This document shows positions 55,011 through 64,000 of a stretch of 64,000 bases of DNA, one piece after another. How positions within the stretch are numbered: the stretch's first letter is position 1; the number at the start of each line of letters is the position of its first letter. The position numbers and the translations under genes were made by a program. Source of the DNA: Octopus vulgaris (taxonomy: Eukaryota); contig OX597817.1 of NCBI GenBank assembly GCA_951406725.2, positions 89,094,001 through 89,158,000 on the forward strand. The letters run 5' to 3'. The notes beneath the pieces were generated by a model. That model saw only the letters and a list, made by a program, of their open reading frames with translations, made no database searches and was not told where the DNA came from.

Positions 55011-55644
55011 AGCTAGCTAGCTAGCTGTCTGTCTAGCCAACATAAGCATCATGTGTCTTTAGCCATCAAATCTGTTATAACAATATGTTAAATTATCGTT
55101 CTTTAACATCACCCTCTCTTCCTACCTAACTATCTCCCTCTCCCTACCCCCCTCTCTCTCTCTCTCTCTGAAGTGCTTTTTTACTCATTACCTCATTCTT
55201 TCTTTCTTTCTCTCTCGCTCATTTTATCTTTATTTGTCCATCAAGAAATTGATTGTCTTCTGATTAACCTCTCCTACTACTCCTTTTCTCTCTTTCTTTC
55301 TCACTACGCTCTAAACAAACTATTTGAGAATTTTTTTCATGTTTATTTTTAAAATGTTGTTTTAGCCGTGGATGTGGCTGTCCAGAAAGTGGTTTGTTTC
55401 CAAACCACACAGTTGTGGGTTCAGTCCCACTGCGTGGCATCTTGGGCAAGTGTTTTGTACTATAGCTCCAGGCCGATAAACAAAAAAAGCATAGTGCATG
55501 TATTTGGTAGACAGAAATTGAAAGAAAACTGTCGTTTGTCTATATATAGTGAGAATTTACAAAAAACAAAACAAAACAAAAGACGAAGACGGGTGTGTAA
55601 ACAACAAACAGATCTATTAGTTTAACGCTTGGGAAGTGAGAAAG

Positions 55645-55685
55645 TCTTTTACATTTCAAGCCTATGCCGCTCTTCGACAGAAAGG
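55645..55685 (-). ncRNA. Degenerate F1 HHR-like motif
   Basis: Minus strand CCTTT-CTGTCGA-A-GAGC ggcatag GCTT-GAAA-TG-TA-AAAGA. Confidence 0.5.
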
Positions 55686-55759
55686 AACACAGAAATAAAC
55701 AGGGAGAGTATACACACACATACACACACATATATATATACACATATACATACATACGC

Positions 55760-55792
<33 letters not shown>

Positions 55793-55817
55793 TATATACA
55801 TACGCATATATATATAT

Positions 55818-55876
<59 letters not shown>

Positions 55877-56339
55877 CACATACATAGCTAAAGTCAGTTG
55901 GGTGTGAAGTTGGGGGTACTTCCAGAGATGCACTCAGCCCGAATACTGGGCTATCAACACTATCGTGATCCAAGCCAGGGCCAGATTACTTTTGATGTAG
56001 AAAATCCAAGTTTCACGTCGATTATACTGTCATATGGTTTGGTGAAGAATAAATAATCCAATGAATAGAAGACAAAGAAAATTCTTTAACATATCCTTAA
56101 TTATAAGTTACACATGTTTCCGTACCATCTCCATTTGCAACGTCAGTTTACGCGAAAATTCTAAAACATAAATTACGTAATATTTGCAGTTTATGCAATG
56201 GAGAGGTACTTCCTGAGACTGACATCAAAGTCATGCTATTACAACAGACCTTGTTGTTATGAAAGTATCGGGAGGAAACAAAAAAGTAAAAATTAGAGGC
56301 TGGATACGTATAAAAATAGAAGGGAGAAAGGGAAGGAGG

Positions 56340-56610
56340 TGGAAGAAAACGAATAGAGGGTGAAAGAGAAGAATCAGAAGGAGAAGGAAAGGAAGAAGTA
56401 GAAGAAAAAGAAAAAAAGAAGGAAGGGAAGAAGAAGGAGGAGGAGGAGGAGAAGAAGAAGAAGAAGAAAAAGAAGAAGAAGAAGAAGAAGAAGAAGAAGA
56501 AGAAGGAAAAGAAGAAGAAGAAGAAGAAGAAGAAGAAGAAGAAAAAGAAGAAGGAAAAGAAGGAAAAGAAGAAGAAGAAGAAAAAGAAAGAAGAAGAAGA
56601 AGAAGAAGCT
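56340..56610. repeat. (GAA)n polypurine tract
   Basis: Direct reading. Confidence 0.9.
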
Positions 56611-57039
56611 GGGGCCGTGTCAACCAGTACTATCAGAGTCATTGTTACCCAGATTCGTCCGATGGAATACGATGTATTTGATCACACAGCAACATTAGTC
56701 TTCGACAACTTAAAGTGAAAATATCTATTAAATATATAACTAGATAATTCTCCGGAGTCAAAGTATGAGGATGCTAAAAATGTATGTGGTAGTGGTGGTG
56801 GGACTAAAATTTATGACCTTAAAGTGTTTCAGCACTGGGAGAGAGGTACAAGTAGTAATAGTAAAGGACGGACATACAGAAATGTACGCATAGAAACACA
56901 CACACGTTTATAGATTGGGTCCACTGCACACCACAAACGCGATCTCTAAGAAATTAGAACGTAATAAAATCGTAGAGCAACGCCCAAAATGTATGGGAAA
57001 ACCTGATGCCGGTAAGCAAGGTGTTAGATTCTCTGACCC

Positions 57040-57835
57040 ACAGCATAGAATACGAACCAAAACCTCCTTTTGCATCGAACAATCCTTTAGACACACCCGA
57101 CATTTTCTTGACAGCATTAAACAAACACTTCCCCTACACACAGATACCACAAAATCTTTAATAGACACAATGTGAAGTTATCCTACTCCACCACACCTAA
57201 TTTAGCACAAACTATAGCTACCCTAAATAACAGAAAGTCAAACTCCAGAACAGATTCAGATCCACCTAATAATCCAGACACACCTCCCTACTACAACCAG
57301 GCCCAGCACACGAGCGAGGCTAACAGGCAGCAGCAACCCACAACTCGGCACCTCTCTGAATGACTCCCGCAAAACCGGAGGCATCTAATAAGACTTCGCC
57401 TATGCAAGACCCTACAATGCTTTATAACTGTCGTGAACCTTCCATGTTTCCTCTGGACAACTAGTGCCTCAGGAGGAATGTAGTTTATAGGGGCACTGTA
57501 ACCACTGATAATAAGTCCTTCCACTACATAGGATCCACTGCTTTCCAATTTAAACGGAGATATTATAATCATGTCCACTTCTTCTAGATATTTAATAAGC
57601 TTAAATCCACATCACTGGCTGAGTTGGTTTGGGATTTAAAATTAAAGAGAGCCCCATGCATGATTTCTTGGTCTGTTGTGACGTCTGCGCTCCCCTACAC
57701 AGGAGAAGGGAGGAGTGCAACCTTTACACGGCTTTCGAGCTACTAAAAAATCAAGGTAGCATTATTAACAAAAGAAACGTAGTGTTGATACGGTTTCCGC
57801 ATAAAAACCGCAGGACCTTCGCAAAACCCAGATAG
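57040..57835 (+). pseudogene. Penelope-like linker plus GIY-YIG endonuclease remnant
   Basis: Peptides HFLDSIKQTLP..HRYHKIFNRHNVKLSYSTTPNLAQTI and ECNLYT...IINKRNVVLIRFPHKNR. Followed by (TA)n at 57945. Confidence 0.8.
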
Positions 57836-57937
57836 TTTAGTCTTCCTCCCCCATCCCGTAGGTATTTCTTTCCCCTTGGTTTATTGGTGTCTGCTACTAT
57901 CCATTTCCTACTATACCTTTCCAGGTTTTAACCCCAC

Positions 57938-57968
<31 letters not shown>

Positions 57969-58554
57969 AAGGAAAAGAAGAAAATGCTGACAAAATAATT
58001 TAAGTAAGGGAGAGTGTATTTAATTAGATGAAAGTTCTTTTTTTAAACAAAAAAAGAGAAAAATTGGGTTAGAATACAATGTTCATTTTTTGTGAATGAT
58101 TTCAGTGTATAAGAAAAAAAGTAAGTCTTTTACAGTGTTCTGTTTCGGAATAAGATATTTAGTAAAAGCGTGTAATATACAGTTTTTTGTGGAAAAGTTC
58201 AATGTCAGATTTCAGTGTAGAATAAAAAAAAGTAAGAGTTTACCGGTTGCGCATTTGTTATGCTTATCAAAAGATATTTTGAGTGAGATAGAGTTCCTTT
58301 CTGATTGATTTTTTCTCTTATCTGACTTTATGTTGGGTTTGCTGTCTCTTATATGTGAAAAAAGAGGCTCCAGAGTTGTTTAAGATTTGCTTGGTTTCGC
58401 GCCTAAAATTTCTTGTGGACAATGGTCAATACAATTTTGATTGGTCCTTGTAAAGGGGTCACGTGAATGTTTGAATGGAATTTGGTGTTGGGGTAAGAAA
58501 ATAGGCTCCAGAGATGTTAAACACCAACACCAACTTCCATTCAAACATTCACGT

Positions 58555-58621
<67 letters not shown>

Positions 58622-59607
58622 TAATAATAATTACTTTTATTATTATTATTTTTTTTCTGAGATGAGCGCAATGATGATGATAACGATGATGATGATGATG
58701 TTGATGTTGTTATCGTTATGCTGTTTTCGTTATTTTGCATTAATCTGTTGTCAATGTTAAAAAAAAATTATTAGACATTTTCATTGTCTTGTTTCCCGTG
58801 ATAGTAGAAGTAACAGTAATAGTTGCTGTTATTGTTGTTACTGGTCGATACTGATTGTAAAGGCACATGTAATTGTGGTGTTTTTGTTATTGTTGTCGTT
58901 GTTATTGTTGTGCATGTACGGTGTAAAAATTTGTTGCCGCTTTTGCCGTTTTTCTTACTGGTGTTCTCTCGCATATTGTTATTGTTACTGCTGTGTAGAC
59001 CCACCAAGTTCAGGTCAGGTCTGGTATAGTGCTGATTACTATTGCAATCATCGACTTCTTTCTGTGTTCAGTGCTGTGCAGCCACAGATAAGCTCCTGAA
59101 GAAGTCAAGTCTACAATCAGGTTTCGGTTCTCAATGGCTGTCTTTATTCTGTAAGCCTTTGCTGTTTCATTCGATACTTTGTGAGATAATCAACAATGTA
59201 TTGATAATAATCAAAAGAAGAAAACATGCTCTCTAATGCTACATGTTGTGTCACAAGTGTCATAGTTGTGAACACGGAGCAAATTTTCAACATAAAGATG
59301 AAATATTCATACATACATGAACACTCATATATACATACATTGATACCCGTATATACACGCGTTCATATACATGTACAATGATACACACACAATCTCAAAC
59401 CACTTATGTATACATATGTATATCCTTATAAATTTCCGTGGAATCTATTTCTTTCAGTCTCTTGTATACAACATTATATTATTTCTTTCCCCAGTTCTCT
59501 GCTCTCTCCCACTACACCTCTTTTTAAAAATATTTTCCTTTATCTTTTTAATTGCTAAAGCCATTGGGCTGCAGCCATGCTGGAGCACCGTCTTGACGGA
59601 TTTAGTC

Positions 59608-59841
59608 CAGTGGTTCTTAACAGTGGTCCGTATGACCCTTGGGGTGGGAAGTCCATATAAAATTTTGTTAAAAAATGATCTACACAGAATATTTCAACAA
59701 TTGTTTTTTTTATACAATTCCTGATAATATTTCATTTTAAAGTATAATAGGATTTTTTAAACATCGAATGGCCACGGGGTTCTATTCGAGTAAAGTTGGA
59801 ACCAAAGGGTCCAGAGACAGAAACTTAGTTGAGAACCGCTG
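59608..59841. mobile_element. hAT-type MITE nested in a family B SINE
   Basis: CAGTGGTTCTTAAC...GTTGAGAACCGCTG. Degenerate 8-bp TSD ATTTAGTC/CTTTTGTC. Confidence 0.78.
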
Positions 59842-60335
59842 CTTTTGTCAATCAAATCTGTACTTACCGTATAGGTTTCTTTCGCTGAATGGCTACACAA
59901 CGGGGAAATAAACAAACCAAAACTAGTTGTGAAGCGGCGGTGAGCAAATACAAGCGAACTGAAATTAACGTGCTCGCGCACACCTACACGCACAGACAAA
60001 TGCGCGCACACACACATATATCTACAGGCTTCCACACAGTTTCCGTCTGTCAAAATTCATACCCAAGACATTGATGGGTCTGAGGCAATAGTAGATGACA
60101 TTAAACCAAGGTTCTGTGTAGTGGGGTCTGAATCCGAAGCTACATATTTGCAAAGCGATGCCTGCACCTATGTACTTTCGCATATGTACGAATTCATTCG
60201 CGCATACACGCGCACATATGTGAATGTGTCACAATATCAAATATCACCACCAACATCAAAACTACATTTATGAATGAAACCACCACCAACACCTGCACCA
60301 AGTTTTTCGTCAATATATATATATATATATATAGT

Positions 60336-60369
<34 letters not shown>

Positions 60370-60393
60370 CCACACACATATATATATAAATTT

Positions 60394-60427
<34 letters not shown>

Positions 60428-60774
60428 CATACATACATATATGTATGTGTGTAAGATATTTTTTTTTACTAATACGTCTTAAGTAACAATCTTTACTCCT
60501 GTTTCACAAGCGAATGCTAGTATGTTATGAGTTAATCGTTACAAAGCCAACTGCTTAACGTCATACATGCATACATGCATATATACATACATACACACAT
60601 GCATACATACACACATACACACATATCTGTCCATGTTTGTTTGTATTCCACCTGCCTTCGTCTTTTGTCTATTTTCATAAAGCTTCCCGTTATATATATG
60701 TATATATGTATATATATACATATACATATACACACATATATACATAAACATACATACATACATACATACATACA

Positions 60775-60825
<51 letters not shown>

Positions 60826-61277
60826 CCTCCCACTCACATGGTTCGGTTCCTGTCCCGCTGCGTGGTATGTTGGCCATGTGTCTTCTACTATATCGCTTCG
60901 CGCCAATTAAAGCCTTGTGATTGGATTTGGTAGACAGAAACTGAGAGTAGCCCAATGCATGTATATGTGTAAATCTGTGTGTGTGCGCGCGCATGCGCAC
61001 GCGTTTCCATAGTATAGTCTATAATATATCTCACTTTGTCTTTCTTTCTCTCTTCCTCTTTCTCCTCTTTCTCAATACATCTCTCGCTGCCTGTCCTTCT
61101 GTCTATTGATATTTCTATAGATATAGATATCTACATATCTGCTTACCTGTGTGTGGCGTGCGTGTATATATATATATATATATTGCCTCCCACTATATAA
61201 ATATATACAAAAGACGAAGACAGGTGTGTAAACAACAAACAGGTGTATTAGTTTAACGCTCGGGAAGGTGAGAAAGT

Positions 61278-61313
61278 CTTTTACGTTTCGAGCCTACGCT
61301 CTTCGACAGAAAG
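61278..61313 (-). ncRNA. Minimal HHR-like motif (F1)
   Basis: Minus strand CTTT-CTGTCGA-A-GAGC gtag GCTC-GAAA-CG-TA-AAAG. Confidence 0.65.
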
Positions 61314-61825
61314 GAACACGAGAGAGGACAAAATAGCTTTAGTGGCTAGCGGTCAATCATGGCGATGGCCAGAGAGAGGTGGTCAAACAGGAGAACTAGA
61401 AGAAGGGGTGATAATGGAAAGTAGTGGTGATCCCAAAAACGAAGAGAGCAAAAGTGCGTATGTGTATGTAGAGCGTGTGTGTACGTGTGTGGATTGGCTG
61501 GTGACCTTGACGTGCGTTGTTAAGGTGTGTGATGATGGTATACGATACGCAACCTCACATAGCAATTTGAAGTACAAGTATTTAAGCTAGTGATATAATG
61601 TTAGTGTTATGTATTAAATACGAGAGTACTCGATGTGTTAAGTGGAAAGTTGAGGCAATCACTTAAAGCTTTGTTTTTCCACTTGTCAAACAAGAATTAC
61701 ATGTAACTGCTAGTGAAGATATCAGATTAAATATGAAATACGCGGGCGCGCGCGCACACACACACCCAACTGTTTCTATTATACATATCTATGTGTATGT
61801 ATGAGTATATCTATATTTATATCTA

Positions 61826-61906
<81 letters not shown>

Positions 61907-61944
61907 GTCTGTCTGTCTTTCTGTCTGTCTCCCTGTCTGTCTGT

Positions 61945-61985
<41 letters not shown>

Positions 61986-62161
61986 TGTCTGTATGCAAAT
62001 TATTTTTGACGGTGGAGCTAGAAGTAGATAAAGCGATAAATAAATAAGCAAATAAGTGTGTAAAATTTTAGGATAAAGATCCTTTTGAATGGAAAAATAG
62101 AAAGCTGCCCGAAGCCCATGTCAACGTAAATATTAATGTGTATATACATGCATGTATATGC

Positions 62162-62198
<37 letters not shown>

Positions 62199-62446
62199 AT
62201 GACGGCTTCTTTCAGCTTCCGTCGACCAAATCCACTCACAAGGCTTTGGCCGGCCCAAGGTGCCACACAGTAGGACTGAATATGCAACCATGTGGTTGGT
62301 AAGCAAGTTACTTAACACACAGCCATGCCTTACACACACATATATGTTTATTTATAAATATGCTTTTATGCATGCATATATACACAAACACACACACACA
62401 TGTATGCATGTGTGTGTATATATATATATATATCTGTAAATGTCGA

Positions 62447-62519
62447 TGGCCCGATAACTGAAGAGATGCCGCTTGGGTTTCCGCCCCGACATCCGAAACT
62501 GCGAGTTTTATCATGGCTA
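62447..62519 (+). ncRNA. Type I hammerhead ribozyme next to (TA)n
   Basis: TGGCC-c-GATAA-CTGAAGA-GATGCCG...CGACATC-C-GAAA-CTgcgAG-TT-TTATC-at-GGCTA. Bipartite stem I, canonical core, GUU site after 62507. Confidence 0.78.
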
Positions 62520-62703
62520 CCGAATAATTGTCACATATATTTACAGATAAATTCCACTATTTACATAATATCGAGGTCTCTTTGATTTTTTTGTTGTCTT
62601 GCCATATCTATCAATTCATATATTATATATGTATATATTTATTCATAAATATGCTTTTATGCGTGCATATATACGCAAACACACACACATGCATGTGTGT
62701 ATG

Positions 62704-62757
<54 letters not shown>

Positions 62758-62830
62758 AATAATATATGTATGCATATATACATACGTATGCATATATACA
62801 TACTTATATGTATATACTAACATCTATATG

Positions 62831-62880
<50 letters not shown>

Positions 62881-63288
62881 TATGTGGGAAAACCAGGAAA
62901 TGATCGGAGATGTGACGGGAAGAGATGCATGCGTGTGTCGAGGGGGGGATTTTCATGGGTTAGGGAAGGGGGCACTGTATGAATGAGATAGGACAACAAT
63001 GTGGTACCATTGTGTAGTATAGAAAGACGAAACTTAGGTTTGGGGAAGCGACAAGTTTTGGATTTAAAGACGGAGAATTGACAAGGCGTGTATGTGTGTA
63101 TACGTGTGATAGAGGTGGTGGTAGTAATGATGAATGAGACAGTGTGGTATGCGTGGTTTAGTGGATGTGAAATATGTCCCGGTGATGGCGCTGCTGACGC
63201 AGGTGGTGCAGTAGAGGAATAAATATGAATGGGAGTTAGAGGAAAGAAGTAAGGTATGATATATACATATGTGTGGGGATTCACATAG

Positions 63289-63334
<46 letters not shown>

Positions 63335-63712
63335 CTTTTTCTTGTTTACATATTTTGCTACTTTTTCCCTCGTTCGTCTACGTATTTCATGTTGTTTGCA
63401 CTGTATATATATATACATATGCACACATACATATTTATAAATATATATATATATATGTATATCTGTGTGTGTGTGTGTATGTGTGTGTGTATATTATTCA
63501 TTATGTATTATTTAATTGAATGCGACGCAGATCTAGCCCTTCTGATTCGCAAAATGAGCCCCCTTTAATTTTGCACAGATTGCTTTCAGTTTTGGTGTAT
63601 CAATGCAACTCTGAATTTTGATTACTTAAATTAAAGAATCTGGTGTTATTTGGAATTAAAGTTGAAAAATTTATATATATATATATATATAAATTTGAAA
63701 AATTTATATATA

Positions 63713-64000
63713 TAATTAAAATCTTAGAGTAGCAAGAATATTTATCGAAGAAATTCTTAGTTACCAGTGGTCTAGTGAGAAGGAAAAAATTAGTCAATAG
63801 ACTATATATTATTCAGAGAAGAATACAGTGTACATTCAAACAAAAACAGATACCCAAAAATAGGATATCTGACTCACTAGAAAGAGCAGTTAAACTCCAA
63901 GGTAAAAGTTTTTATTTTTCAATCACTTTCGAAATTACAACAATTAGTGAGTTGGAGTTTAACTGCTCTTTCTAGTGAGTCAGATATCCTATTATTTGGG
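63713..64000. mobile_element. Second family F3 head-to-head insertion (runs off the window end)
   Basis: (TA)n-D-E'-A, then a strand switch at ~63899 to C'-A'. Homologous to 27101-27736. Confidence 0.85.

Overview
Repeat-saturated eukaryotic non-coding DNA. The microsatellite load and SINE/LINE repertoire look like an octopus (coleoid cephalopod) genome; this is an inference. No intact host gene is visible: nearly all listed ORFs are microsatellite artefacts, and the real coding remnants are decayed transposons (Tx1, R4/Dong, RTE, Penelope RT/GIY-YIG, mariner, Tc1, maT). There are also hAT MITEs, a Helitron-like element and many tRNA-derived SINEs. A few short minus-strand exon candidates suggest the window may be intronic or 5'UTR. 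The main signal is at least six unrelated families of short, mostly ORF-less elements anchored in (TA)n tracts, each carrying a type I hammerhead ribozyme (HHR). Some have non-canonical cores (U3-A8 covariation, A6U). Several insertions are head-to-head inverted pairs whose segments close into a ~0.5 kb head-to-tail unit. In two unrelated families one arm begins about 7 nt downstream of the predicted self-cleavage site. This fits Penelope pseudo-LTR or retrozyme-like RNAs whose ends are set by ribozyme cleavage. All structures were read by eye; no folding or database search was run.
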